Shown: positions 31,100 through 48,100 of the stretch, one piece after another
How the letters are laid out: each line of letters starts with the position of its first letter
How positions within the stretch are numbered: position 1 is the stretch's first letter
NCBI GenBank assembly: GCA_964035545.1
Contig: CAXIUT010000230.1
Location: 1,488,001-1,552,000, forward strand
Source: Bugula neritina
Taxonomy: Eukaryota > Animalia > Bryozoa
Direction of reading: 5' to 3'
Length of the DNA: 64,000 nt
Position numbers and translations under genes: made by a program
The notes under the pieces: generated by a model
Seen by the model: only the letters and a program-made list of their open reading frames with translations
Told to the model about the DNA's origin: nothing
Database searches by the model: none

Positions 31100-32800
31100 A
31101 ACTTTAAAATATACTGTAACATACTGAAATATACTTCAACATACTCCAACATACTAAAATACACTGTAACATACTGAAATACATTGCAACACATTGAAAT
31201 ATACTGCAACATACTGAAACATACTGCAACATACTGAAATATACTGCAACATACTGAATTACACTATAACATATTGAAATATATTGCAACATACTGAATC
31301 ACACTCTAACATACTGAAATAGGCTGTAGCATACTGAAATACACTGCCACACACTGAAGTATACTGTAATATACAGAAATGTACTGTAACATACTGAAAC
31401 ACACGCCTACATACTGAAATGTACTGCAACATACTGATATATACCGCAAGTAGTGCAACATACTGAAATACACTGTGACACACTGAAATACACTGCAACA
31501 CACTGCAACATACTGCAACATACTGAAATACACTGTAACATATTGAAATACACTGCAACATACTGCAACATACTGAACCAAACTGGAACATATTGGAATA
31601 CACTGCAACACATTGAAATATAGTGTAACACACTGAAACATACGGCAACATACTGAAACACACTGCAACCTACTGCAACATACTAAAATACACTGCAACA
31701 TACTGAAAACCACTATAACATATTGAAATATACTACAACATACTGAATTACTCTCTAACATACTGAAATATGCTGTAGCATACTGAAATACACTGCAACA
31801 CACTGAAGTATACTGCAATATACTGAAATGTACTGCAACATACTGAATTATACTGCAACATACTGAAATGTAATGCAACATACTGAATTATACTGCAACA
31901 TACTGCAACATACTGAAATACACAGTTACATATTAAAATACACTGCGAGACATTGAAATATACTGTAACATACTGAAATATACTTCAACATACTCCAACA
32001 TACTAAAGTACACTGTAACATACTGAAATACATTGCAACACATTGAAATATACTGCAACATACTGAAACATACTGCAACATACTGAAATATACTGCAACA
32101 TACTGAATTACACTATAACATATTGAAATATATTGCAACATACTGAATCACACTCTAACATACTGAAATAGGCTGTAGCATACTGAAATACACTGCCACA
32201 CACTGAAGTATACTGTAATATACAGAAATGTACTGTAACATACTGAAACACACGCCTACATACTGAAATGTACTGCAACATACTGATATATACCGCAAGT
32301 AGTGCAACATACTGAAATACACTGTGACACACTGAAATACACTGCAACACACTGCAACATACTGCAACATACTGAAATACACTGTAACATATTGAAATAC
32401 ACTGCAACATACTGCAACATACTGAACCACACTGGAACATATTGGAATACACTGCAACACATTGAAATATAGTGTAACACACTGAAACATACGGCAACAT
32501 ACTGAAACACACTGCAACCTACTGCAACATACTAAAATACACTGCAACATACTGAAAACCACTATAACATATTGAAATATACTACAACATACTGAATTAC
32601 TCTCTAACATACTGAAATATGCTGTAGCATACTGAAATACACTGCAACACACTGAAGTATACTGCAATATACTGAAATGTACTGCAACATACTGAATTAT
32701 ACTGCAACATACTGAAATGTAATGCAACATACTGAATTATACTGCAACATACTGCAACATACTGAAATACACAGTTACATATTAAAATACACTGCGAGAC
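31100..32800 (+). repeat. 849-bp tandem duplication within domain II
   Basis: ORF pairs 31259/32108, 31306/32155 and 31407/32256 are all +849. ACACGCCTACAT occurs at ~31401 and ~32250. Confidence 0.9.
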
Positions 32801-33149
32801 ATTGAAATATACTGCAACATACTGAAATATACTGCAAGATACTGCAATATACTGAATTAGACTGTGACATACTGAAATACACTGCACAATACTGCAAGAA
32901 ACTGCAACATACTGAAATACACTGTAACATACTGAAATACACTGCATCATACTGCAACATACTGACATACACTGGAACATATTGATATACACTGCAACAC
33001 ATTGAAATATACTGCAACACGCGGAACCATTCGGCAACATACCGAAATATACTGCGACACAGTGAAAAATACGGCAACATACTGAAATATACTGCAAATG
33101 ATGCACATACTGAAATACAATGTGACACACTGAAATACACTGCAACATA

Positions 33150-33700
33150 CTGCAACATACTGTAACATACTGAAATACACTGTAACATACTGAAATACAC
33201 TGCAACACCTTAAAAAATACTGCAACATACTTAAACATACGGCAACATACTGAAATATACTGCAACATACTGAAATACACTCTAACATATTGAAATATAC
33301 TGCAACATACTGAAATACACTATAACATATTGAAATATGCTGTAGCATACTGAAATACACTGCCACACACTGAAGTATACTGTAATATACAGAAATGTAC
33401 TGTAACATACTGAAACATACTAAAATATACTGCAACATACTGCAACATCCTAAAATACACTGTAACATACTGAAGTACACTGCAACACCTTAAAAAATAC
33501 TGCAACATACTTAAACATACGGCAACATACTGAAATATACTGCAACATACTGAAATACACTCTAACATATTGAAATATACTGCAACATACTGAAATACAC
33601 TATAACATATTGAAATATGCTGTAGCGTACTGAAATACACTGCCACACACTGAAGTATACTGTAATATACAGAAATGTACTGTAACATACTGAAACATAG
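33150..33700 (+). repeat. 280-bp tandem duplication
   Basis: TGCAACACCTTAAAAAATACTGCAACATACTTAAACATACGGC starts at 33201 and 33481, each followed by the same ~200 bp. Confidence 0.85.
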
Positions 33701-34759
33701 GGCAACATACTGAAATGTACTGCAACATGCTGAAATATACTGTAACATATTGAAATACACTGCATCATACTGCAACATACTGACATACACTGGAACATAT
33801 TGAAATACACTGCATCATACTGCAGCATACTGACGTACACTGAAACATATTGATATACACTGCAACACATTGAAATATACTGCAACACACGGAACCATTC
33901 GGCAACATACCGAAATATACTGCGACACAGTGAAAAATACGGCAACATACTGAAATATACTGCAAATGATGCACATACTGAAATACAATGTGACACACTG
34001 AAATACACTGCAGCATACTGCAACATACTGCAACATACTGAAATACACTGTAACATAATGAAATACACTGCATAATACTGCAACATACTGAAATACACTG
34101 GAACATATTGATATACACTGCAACACATTGAAATATTCTGTAACATAATGAAACATACCGGAACATACTGCAACGTAATAAAATATAGTGTAACACACTG
34201 AAATACACTGCAACATAATGCAACATAGTGTACCATACTGAAATACACTGTAACATATCGAATTACACTGCAACATACTGCAACATAGTGAAATATACTG
34301 CAACAAACTGCAACATACTGAAATACGCTGCAACATACTGAATTACACCCTAACATACTGAAATATGCTGTAGCATACTGAAATACACTGCAACACACTG
34401 AAGTATACTGTAATACACTGAAATGTAATGCAACATACTGAATTATATTGCAACATAGTGCAACATAGTGAAATACACCACAACATACTGCAACATACTG
34501 AAATACACTGGAACATATTGAAATACACTGCGACACTCTGAAATATACTGCAACACACTGAAACATACGGCAACATACCGAAATAAACTGCGACACGTTG
34601 AAAATTACTGCAACATACTGAAATATACTGCAAATGATGCACATACTGAAATACAATGTGACACACTGAAATACCCTGCAACATACTGCAACATACTGCA
34701 ACATACAGAAATACACTGTAACATATTGAAATACACTGCATAATACTGCAACATACTGA

Positions 34760-37700
34760 AATACACTGGAACATATTGATATACACTGCAACACATTGAA
34801 ATATTCTGTAACATAATGAAACATACCGGAACATACTGCAACGTAATAAAATATAGTGTGACACACTGAAATATACGGCAACATACCGAAATATACTGCG
34901 ACACGTTGAAAAATACTGCAACATACTGAAATATACTGCAAGTGGTGCAACATACTGAAATACACTGTGACACAGTAAAATACACTGCAACATAATGCAA
35001 CATACTGTACCATACTGAAATACACTGTAACATATCGAATTACACTGCAACATACTGCAACATAGTGAAATATACTGCAACAAACTGCAACATACTGAAA
35101 TACACTGCAACATACTGAAATACATTGCAACACATTAAAATATACTGCAAAATACTGAAACATACTGCAACATGCTGAAATATACTGCAACGTACTGAAA
35201 TACACTATAACATATTGAAATATACTGCAACATACTGAATTACACTCTAACAAACTGAAATATGCTGTAGCATACTGAATTACACTGCAACACAGTGGAG
35301 TATACTGTAATACACTGAAATGTACTGCAACATACTGAACTATACTGCAACATACTGCAACATACTGGAACACACTGTAAAATAATGAAATATGCTGTAG
35401 GACGCTGAAATACACTGCAACATCCTGAAGTATACTGTAATATACTGAAATGTTGTGCAACGTACTGAAAAATAATGCAACGCGTTGAATTACACTATAA
35501 CATATTAAAATATACCGCAACATACTGAAATGTTCTGTAATATACAGAAATGAACTGTAACATACTGAAATATACTGTAACACACTGAAACATACTCTAA
35601 CATACCGAAATAGACTGTAACATACTGAAATATACTGCAACATACTGAAATGTACTGCAACATACTGAAATATGCTGTAGCATATTGAAAGACACTACAA
35701 CTCACTGAAGTATAGTGTAATATACGGGAATGTACTGCAACATGCCGAAATAAACTGCAACTTACTGAAATACACTGGAACATATTGATATGCACTGCAA
35801 CACATTGAAATATACTGCAACACACTGAAACATAAGGCAACATAGTGAAATATACTGCGGCACATTGGAATATACTGCAACATACTAAAATATACTGAAA
35901 CAAACTGCAACATCCTAAAATACACTGTAACATACTGAAACATACTGCAACATACTGACATATACTGCAACACACTGAAGTATACTGTAATACACTGAAA
36001 TATAATGCAACATACTGAATTATACTGCAACATAATGCAACATACTGAAATACACCACAACATACTGCAACTTACTAAAATACACTGTGATACACTGAAA
36101 TACACTGCAACATGCTGAAATAAACTGAGACACATTAAAATATACTGCAACACACTGAAATATACTGCAACATACTGCAACATACTAAAATACACTGCAA
36201 CATACTGCAACATACTGAAATACACTGGGAACATATTGAAATACACTGCGAAACATTAAAATATACTGCAACACACTGAAACATAGGGCAACATACCGAA
36301 GTATACTGCGACACGTTGAAAAATACTGCAACATACTGAAATACACTGGGACACACTGAAATACACTGCAACATACTGCAACATACTGAAATACACTGGA
36401 ACTTACTGAAATATACTGCGACATATTGAAATATACAGTAACATACTGAAATATACTTCAACATACTGCAACATACTAAAATACACTGTAACATACTGCA
36501 ATACATTGCAACACATTGAAATATACTGCAACATACTGAAACATACTGCAACGTACTGAAATACACTGTAACATATTGAATTACACTGCGACACATTAAA
36601 ATATACTGCAACACACTGAAATACACTGGAACATATTGATATACACTGCAACACATTGAAATATTCTGTAACATAATGAAACATACCGGAACATACTGCA
36701 ACGTAATAAAATATAGTGTGACACACTGAAATATACGGCAACATACCGAAATATACTGCGACACGTTGAAAAATACTGCAACATACTGAAATATACTGCA
36801 AGTGGTGCAACATACTGAAATACACTGTGACACAGTAAAATACACTGCAACATAATGCAACATACTGTACCATACTGAAATACACTGTAACATATCGAAT
36901 TACACTGCAACATACTGCAACATAGTAAAATATACTGCAACAAACTGCAACATACTGAAATACACTGCAACATACTGAAATACATTGCAACACATTAAAA
37001 TATACTGCAAAATACTGAAACATACTGCAACATGCTGAAATATACTGCAACATACTGAAATACACTATAACATATTGAAATATACTGCAACATACTGAAT
37101 TACACTCTAACAAACTGAAATATGCTGTAGCATACTGAATTACACTGCAACACAGTGGAGTATACTGTAATACACTGAAATGTACTGCAACATACTGAAC
37201 TATACTGCAACATACTGAAACATACTGGAACACACTGTAAAATAATGAAATATGCTGTAGGACGCTGAAATACACTGCAACATCCTGAAGTATACTGTAA
37301 TATACTGAAATGTTGTTCAACATACTGAAAAATAATGCAACGCGTTGAATTACACTATAACATATTAAAATATACCGCAACATACTGAAATGTTCTGTAA
37401 TATACAGAAATGAACTGTAACATACTGAAATATACTGTAACACACTGAAACATACTCTAACATACCGAAATAGACTGTAACATACTGAAATATACTGCAA
37501 CATACTGAAATGTACTGCAACATACTGAAATATGCTGTAGCATATTGAAAGACACTACAACTCACTGAAGTATAGTGTAATATACGGGAATGTACTGCAA
37601 CATGCCGAAATAAACTGCAACTTACTGAAATACACTGGAACATATTGATATGCACTGCAACACATTGAAATATACTGCAACACACTGAAACATAAGGCAA

Positions 37701-38480
37701 CATAGTGAAATATACTGCGACACATTGGAATATACTGCAACATACTAAAATATACTGCAACAAACTGCAACATCCTAAAATACACTGTAACATACTGAAA
37801 CATACTGCAACATACTGACATATACTGCAACACACTGAAGTATACTGTAATACACTGAAATATAATGCAACATACTGAATTATACTGCAACATAATGCAA
37901 CATACTGAAATACACCACAACATACTGCAACTTACTAAAATACACTGTGATACACTGAAATACACTGCAACATGCTGAAATAAACTGAGACACATTAAAA
38001 TATACTGCAACACACTGAAATATACTGCAACATACTGCAACATACTAAAATACACTGCAACATACTGCAACATACTGAAATACACTGGGAACATATTGAA
38101 ATACACTGCGAAACATTAAAATATACTGCAACACACTGAAACATAGGGCAACATACCGAAGTATACTGCGACACGTTGAAAAATACTGCAACATACTGAA
38201 ATACACTGGGACACACTGAAATACACTGCAACATACTGCAACATACTGAAATACACTGGAACTTACTGAAATATACTGCGACATATTGAAATATACAGTA
38301 ACATACTGAAATATACTTCAACATACTGCAACATACTAAAATACACTGTAACATACTGCAATACATTGCAACACATTGAAATATACTGCAACATACTGAA
38401 ACATACTGCAACGTACTGAAATACACTGTAACATATTGAATTACACTGCGACACATTAAAATATACTGCAACACACTGAA
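34760..38480 (+). repeat. 1,860-bp tandem duplication
   Basis: ORF pairs 35505/37365, 35695/37555 and 36185/38045 (+1860). At 36621 the sequence resumes that of 34761. Confidence 0.92.
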
Positions 38481-39199
38481 ACATACGGCAACCTACCGAA
38501 TTATACTGCGACACGTTGAAAAATACTGCAACATACTGAAATATACTGCAAGTAGCGCAACATACTGAAGTACACTGTGACACACTGAAATACACTGCAA
38601 CACACTGCAACATACTGCAACATACTAGAATACACTGTAACATACTGAAATTCATTGCAACACATTGAAATATACTGCAACATACCGAAATGAATGGTAA
38701 ACAAGTGAAATATACTGTGACATGATGAAACATACCGGAACATACTGCAACTTAATAAAATGTACTGTAATACACTGAAATATACTGCAAGATACTGAAA
38801 TATACTGTGACATACTGAAACCCATGCAACATACTGAAATACGCTGCAACATACTGAAATATACTGCAAGATACTGCAACATACTGAAATACACTATAAC
38901 ACACTGAAATACACTGCAACATACTTAAGTACACTGAAATACACTGTAACATATTGAAATACATCGCATAACATCGAAATATACTGCAACATACAGAAGT
39001 ATACTGTAATATACTGAAATGTTATGCAACGTACTGAAAAATAATGCAACGCATTGAATTACACTATAACATATTAAAATATACCGCAACATACTGAAAT
39101 GTAGTGTAATATACAGAAATGAACTGTAACATACTGAAATATACTGTAACACACTGAAACATACTCTAACATACCGAAATAGACTGTAACATACTGAAA

Positions 39200-42100
39200 T
39201 ATACTGCAACATACTGAAATGTACTGCAACATACTGAAATATGCTGTAGCATATTGAAAGACACTACAACTCACTGAAGTATAGTGTAATATACGGGAAT
39301 ATACTGCAACATGCCGAAATAAACTGCAACTTACTGAAATACACTGGAACATATTGATATGCACTGCAACACATTGAAATATACTGCAACACACTGAAAC
39401 ATAAGGCAACATACTGAATTACACTGCGACACATTGAAACATACTGCAACATACTAAAATATACTGCAACATACTGCGACATCCTAAAATACACTGTAAC
39501 ATACTGAAATACACTGCGACATCTTGAAAAATACTGCAACATACTTAAACATACGGCAACATACTGAAATACACTGCAACATACTGAAAAATACTGCAAC
39601 ATACTGAAATATACTGCAAGTGGTGCAACATACTGAAATACACTGTGAGACACTGAAATACACTGCAACATACTGCAACATACTGCAACATACTGAGATA
39701 CACTGTAACATATTGAAACACACTGCAACATACTGCAACATACTGCAACATACTGAAATACACTGGAACTTACTGAAATATACTGCGACACTTTAAAATA
39801 TACTGTAACATACTGAAATATACTTCAACATACTCCAACATACTAAAATACACTGTAACAAACTGAAATACATTGCAACACATTGAAATATACTGCAACA
39901 TACTGAAACATACTGCAACATACTGAAATATACTGCAACATACTGAATTACACTATAACATATTGAAATAAATTGCAACATACTGAATCACACTCTAACA
40001 TACTGAAATAGGCTGTAGCATACTGAAATACACTGCCACACACTGAAGTATACTGTAATATACAGAAAAGTACTGTAACATACTAAAACACACGCCTACA
40101 TACTGAAATGTACTGCAACATACTGATATATACCGCAAGTAGTGCAACATACTGAAATACACTGTGACACACTGAAATACACTGCAACACACTGCAACAT
40201 ACTGCAACATACTGAAATACACTGTAACATATTGAAATACACTGCAACATACTGCAACATACTGAACCACACTGGAACATATTGGAATACACTGCAACAC
40301 ATTGAAATATAGTGTAACACACTGAAACATACGGCAACATACTGAAACACACTGCAACCTACTGCAACATACTAAAATACACTGCAACATACTGAAAACC
40401 ACTATAACATATTGAAATATACTACAACATACTGAATTACTCTCTAACATACTGAAATATGCTGTAGCATACTGAAATACACTGCAACACACTGAAGTAT
40501 ACTGCAATATACTGAAATGTACTGCAACATACTGAATTATACTGCAACATACTGAAATGTAATGCAACATACTGAATTATACTGCAACATACTGTAACAT
40601 ACTGAAATACACTGCATCATACTGCAACATACTGACATACACTGGAACATATTGATATACACTGCAACACATTGAAATATACTGCAACACGCGGAACCAT
40701 TCGGCAACATACCGAAATATACTGCGACACAGTGAAAAATACGGCAACATACTGAAATATACTGCAAATGATGCACATACTGAAATACAATGTGACACAC
40801 TGAAATACACTGCAACATACTGCAACATACTGTAACATACTGAAATACACTGTAACATACTGAAATACACTGCAACACCTTAAAAAATACTGCAACATAC
40901 TTAAACATACGGCAACATACTGAAATATACTGCAACATACTGAAATACACTCTAACATATTGAAATATACTGCAACATACTGAAATACACTATAACATAT
41001 TGAAATATGCTGTAGCATACTGAAATACACTGCCACACACTGAAGTATACTGTAATATACAGAAATGTACTGTAACATACTGAAACATAGGGCAATATAC
41101 TGAAATGTACTGCAACATGCTGAAACATACTGTAACATATTGAAATACACTGCATCATACTGCAACATACTGACATACACTGGAACATGTTGAAATACAC
41201 TGCATCGTACTGCAGCATACTGACGTACACTGAAACATATTGATATACACTGCAACACATTGAAATATACTGCAACACACGGAACCATTCGGCAACATAC
41301 CGAAATATACTGCGACACAGTGAAAAATACGGCAACATACTGAAATATACTGCAAATGATGCACATACTGAAACACAATGTGACACACTGAAATACACTG
41401 CAACATACTGCAACATACTGCAACATACTGAAATACACTGTAACATATTGGAATACACTGCATAATACTGCAACATACTGAAATACACTGGAACATATTG
41501 ATATACACTGCAACACATTGAAATATTCTGTAACATAATGAAACATACCGGAACATACTGCAACGTAATAAAATATAGTGTAACACACTGAAATACACTG
41601 CAACATAATGCAACATAGTGTACCATACTGAAATACACTGTAACATATCGAATTACACTGCAACATACTGCAACATAGTGAAATATACTGCAACAAACTG
41701 CAACATACTGAAATACGCTGCAACATACTGAAACACATTGCAACACATTAAAATATACTGCAAAATACTGAAACATACTGCAACATACTGAAAGGTACTG
41801 CAACATACTGAAATACACTATAACATATTGAAATATACTACAACATACTGAATTACACCCTAACATACTGAAATATGCTGTAGCATACTGAAATACACTG
41901 CAATACACTGAAGTATACTGTAATACACTGAAATGTAATGCAACATACTGAATTATACTGCAACATAGTGCAACATACTGAAATACACCACAACATACTG
42001 CAACATACTGAAATACACTGGAACATATTGAAATACACTGCGACACTCTGAAATATACTGCAACACACTGAAACATACGGCAACATACCGAAATAAACTG

Positions 42101-45100
42101 CGACACGTTGAAAATTACTGCAACATACTGAAATACACTGCAAATGATGCACATACTGAAATACAATGTGACACACTGAAATACCCTGCAACATACTGCA
42201 ACATACTGCAACATACAGAAATACACTGTAACATATTGAAATACACTGCATAATACTGCAACATACTGAAATACACTGGAACATATTGATATACACTGCA
42301 ACACATTGAAATATTCTGTAACATAATGAAACATACCGGAACATACTGCAACGTAATAAAATATAGTGTGACACACTGAAATATACGGCAACATACCGAA
42401 ATATACTGCGACACGTTGAAAAATACTGCAACATACTGAAATATACTGCAAGTGGTGCAACATACTGAAATACACTGTGACACAGTAAAATACACTGCAA
42501 CATAATGCAACATACTGTACCATACTGAAATACACTGTAACATATCGAATTACACTGCAACATACTGCAACATAGTGAAATATACTGCAACAAACTGCAA
42601 CATACTGAAATACACTGCAACATACTGAAATACATTGCAACACATTAAAATATACTGCAAAATACTGAAACATACTGCAACATGCTGAAATATACTGCAA
42701 CATACTGAAATACACTATAACATATTGAAATATACTGCAACATACTGAATTACACTCTAACAAACTGAAATATGCTGTAGCATACTGAATTACACTGCAA
42801 CACAGTGGAGTATACTGTAATACACTGAAATGTACTGCAACATACTGAACTATACTGCAACATACTGAAACATACTGGAACACACTGTAAAATAATGAAA
42901 TATGCTGTAGGACGCTGAAATACACTGCAACATCCTGAAGTATACTGTAATATACTGAAATGTTGTGCAACGTACTGAAAAATAATGCAACGCGTTGAAT
43001 TACACTATAACATATTACAATATACCGCAACATACTGAAATGTTCTGTAATATACAGAAATGAACTGTAACATACTGAAATATACTGTAACACACTGAAA
43101 CATACTCTAACATACCGAAATAGACTGTAACATACTGAAATATACTGCAACATACTTAAATGTACTGCAACATACTGAAATATGCTGTAGCATATTGAAA
43201 GACACTACAACTCACTGAAGTATAGTGTAATATACGGGAATGTACTGCAACATGCCGAAATAAACTGCAACTTACTGAAATACACTGGAACATATTGATA
43301 TGCACTGCAACACATTGAAATATACTGCAACACACTGAAACATAAGGCAACATAGTGAAATATACTGCGACACATTGGAATATACTGCAACATACTAAAA
43401 TATACTGCAACATACTGCAACATCCTAAAATACACTGTAACATACTGAAACATACTGCAACATACTGACATATACTGCAACACACTGAAGTATACTGTAA
43501 TACACTGAAATATAATGCAACATACTGAATTATACTGCAACATAATGCAACATACTGAAATACACCACAACATACTGCAACATACTAAAATACACTGTGA
43601 TACACTGAAATACACTGCAATATGCTGAAATAAACTGAGACACATTAAAATATACTGCAACACACTGAAATATACTGCAACATACTGCAACATACTAAAA
43701 TACACTGCAACATACTGCAACATACTGAAATACACTGGGAACATATTGAAATACACTGCGAAACATTAAAATATGCTGCAACACACTGAAACATAGGGCA
43801 ACATACCGAAGTATACTGCGACACGTTGAAAAATACTGCAACATACTGAAATACACTGGGACACACTGAAATACACTGCAACATACTGCAACATACTGAA
43901 ATACACTGGAACTTACTGAAATATACTGCGACATATTGAAATATACAGTAACATACTGAAATATACTTCAACATACTGCAACATACTAAAATACACTGTA
44001 ACATACTGAAATACATTGCAACACATTGAAATATACTGCAACATACTGAAACATACTGCAACGTACTGAAATACACTGTAACATATTGAAATACACTGCG
44101 ACACATTAAAATATACTGCAACACATTGAAACATACGGCAACCTACCGAATTATACTGCGACACGTTGAAAAATACTGCAACATACTGAAATATACTGCA
44201 AGTAGTGCAACATACTGAAGTACACTGTGACACACTGAAATACACTGCAACACACTGCAACATACTGCAACATACTGAAATACACTGTAACATACTGAAA
44301 TATACTTCAACATACTGCAACATACTAGAATACACTGTAACATACTGAAATTCATTGCAACACATTGAAATATACTGCAACATACCGAAATGAATGGTAA
44401 ACAAGTGAAATATACTGTGACATGATGAAACATACCGGAACATACTGCAACTTAATAAAATGTACTGTAATACACTGAAATATACTGCAAGATACTGAAA
44501 TATACTGTGACATACTGAAACCCGTGCAACATACTGAAATACGCTGCAACATACTGAAATATACTGCAAGATACTGCAACATACTGAAATACACTATAAC
44601 ACACTGAAATACACTGCAACATACTTAAGTACACTGAAATACACTGTAACATATTGAAATACATCGCAGAACATCGAAATATACTGCAACATACAGAAGT
44701 ATACTGTAATATACTGAAATGTTTTGCAACGTACTGAAAAATAATGCAACGCGTTGAATTACACTATAACATATTAAAATATACCGCAACATACTGAAAT
44801 GTAGTGTAATATACAGAAATGAACTGTAACATACTGAAATATACTGTAACACACTGAAACATACTCTAACATACCGAAATAGACTGTAACATACTGAAAT
44901 ATACTGCAACATACTGAAATGTACTGCAACATACTGAAATATGCTGTAGCATATTGAAAGACACTACAACTCACTGAAGTATAGTGTAATATACGGGAAT
45001 ATACTGCAACATGCCGAAATAAACTGCAACTTACTGAAATACACTGGAACATATTGGTATGCACTGCAACACATTGAAATATACTGCAACACACTGAAAC

Positions 45101-48100
45101 ATAAGGCAACATACTGAAATACACTGCGACACATTGAAACATACTGCAACATACTAAAATATACTGCAACATACTGCGACATCTTAGAATACACTGTAAC
45201 ACACTGAATTACACTGCGACACCTTGAAAAATACTGCAACATACTTAAACATACGGCAACATACTGAAATACACTGCAACATACTGAAAAATACTGCAAC
45301 ATACTGAAATATACTGCAAGTGGTGCAACATACTGAAATACACTGTGAGACACTGAAATACACTGCAACATACTGCAACATACTGCAACATACTGAGATA
45401 CACTGTAACATATTGAAATACACTGCAACATACTGCAACATACTGCAACATACTGAAATACACTGGAACTTACTGAAATATACTGCGACACTTTAAAATA
45501 TACTGTAACATACTGAAATATACTTCAACATACTCCAACATACTAAAATACACTGTAACATACTGAAATACATTGCAACACATTGAAATATACTGCAACA
45601 TACTGAAACATACTGCAACATACTGAAATATACTGCAACATACTGAATTACACTATAACATATTGAAAAATATTGCAACATACTGAATCACACTCTAACA
45701 TACTGAAATAGGCTGTAGCATACTGAAATACACTGCCACACACTGAAGTATACTGTAATATACAGAAATGTACTGTAACATACTGAAACACACGCCTACA
45801 TACTGAAATGTACTGCAACATACTGAAATATACTGCAACGTAGTGCAACGTACTGAAATACACTGTAACATAATGAATTACATTGCAACACATTAAAACA
45901 TACTGCAACATACTGAAACATACTGCAACATACTGAAATATACTGCAACATATCGAATTACACTCTAAGATACTGAAATATGCTCTAGCATACTGAAATA
46001 CACTGCAACACAGTGGAGTATACTGTAATGCACTGAAATGTACTGCAACATACTGAATTATTCTGCAACATACTGCAACATACTGGAACACACTGTAACA
46101 TAATGAAATATGCTGTAGAACACTGAAATACACTGCCACACACTGAAGTATACTGTAATATACTGAAATGTTATGCAACGTACTGAAAAATAATGCAACG
46201 CGTTGAATTACACTATAACATATTGAAATATACCGCAACATACTGAAATGTAGTGTAATATACAGAAATGAACTGTAACATACCGAAATAGACTGTAACA
46301 TACTGAAATATACTGCAACATACTGAAATGTACTGCAACATACTGAAATGTACTGCAACATACTGAAATATGCTGTAGCATATTGAAAGACACTACAACT
46401 CACTGAAGTATAGTGTAATATACGGGAATATACTGCAACATGCCGAAATAAACTGCAACTTACTGAAATACACTGGAACATATTGATATGCACTGCAACA
46501 CATTGAAATATACTGCAACACACTGAAACATAAGGCAACATACTGAAATACACTGCGACACATTGAAACATACTGCAACATACTAAAATATACTGCAACA
46601 TACTGCGACATCCTAAAATACACTGTAACATACTGAAATACACTGCGACATCTTGAAAAATACTGCAACATACTTAAACATACGGCAACATACTGAAATA
46701 CACTGCAACATACTGAAAAATACTGCAACATACTGAAATATACTGCAAGTGGTGCAACATACTGAAATACACTGTGAGACACTGAAATACACTGCAACAT
46801 ACTGCAACATACTGCAACATACTGAGATACACTGTAACATATTGAAACACACTGCAACATACTGCAACATACTGCAACATACTGAAATACACTGGAACTT
46901 ACTGAAATATACTGCGACACTTTAAAATATACTGTAACATACTGAAATATACTTCAACATACTCCAACATACTAAAATACACTGTAACATACTGAAATAC
47001 ATTGCAACACATTGAAATATACTGCAACATACTGAAACATACTGCAACATACTGAAATATACTGCAACATACTGAATTACACTATAACATATTGAAATAT
47101 ATTGCAACATACTGAATCACACTCTAACATACTGAAATAGGCTGTAGCATACTGAAATACACTGCCACACACTGAAGTATACTGTAATATACAGAAAAGT
47201 ACTGTAACATACTAAAACACACGCCTACATACTGAAATGTACTGCAACATACTGATATATACCGCAAGTAGTGCAACATACTGAAATACACTGTGACACA
47301 CTGAAATACACTGCAACACACTGCAACATACTGCAACATACTGAAATACACTGTAACATATTGAAATACACTGCAACATACTGCAACATACTGAACCACA
47401 CTGGAACATATTGGAATACACTGCAACACATTGAAATATAGTGTAACACACTGAAACATACGGCAACATACTGAAACACACTGCAACCTACTGCAACATA
47501 CTAAAATACACTGCAACATACTGAAAACCACTATAACATATTGAAATATACTACAACATACTGAATTACTCTCTAACATACTGAAATATGCTGTAGCATA
47601 CTGAAATACACTGCAACACACTGAAGTATACTGCAATATACTGAAATGTACTGCAACATACTGAATTATACTGCAACATACTGAAATGTAATGCAACATA
47701 CTGAATTATACTGCAACATACTGCAACATACTGAAATACACAGTTACATATTAAAATACACTGCGAGACATTGAAATATACTGCAACATACTGAAATATA
47801 CTGCAAGATACTGCAATATACTGAATTAGACTGTGACATACTGAAATACACTGCACAATACTGCAAGAAACTGCAACATACTGAAATACACTGTAACATA
47901 CTGAAATACACTGCATCATACTGCAACATACTGACATACACTGGAACATATTGATATACACTGCAACACATTGAAATATACTGCAACACGCGGAACCATT
48001 CGGCAACATACCGAAATATACTGCGACACAGTGAAAAATACGGCAACATACTGAAATATACTGCAAATGATGCACATACTGAAATACAATGTGAGACACT

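Noticed and set aside
11641-33420. A fixed ~11.6-kb super-period (offsets 11,640 and 11,581)
   Set aside because: The two offsets involve different sequence blocks and each decomposes into different smaller events. The similarity is probably coincidental.
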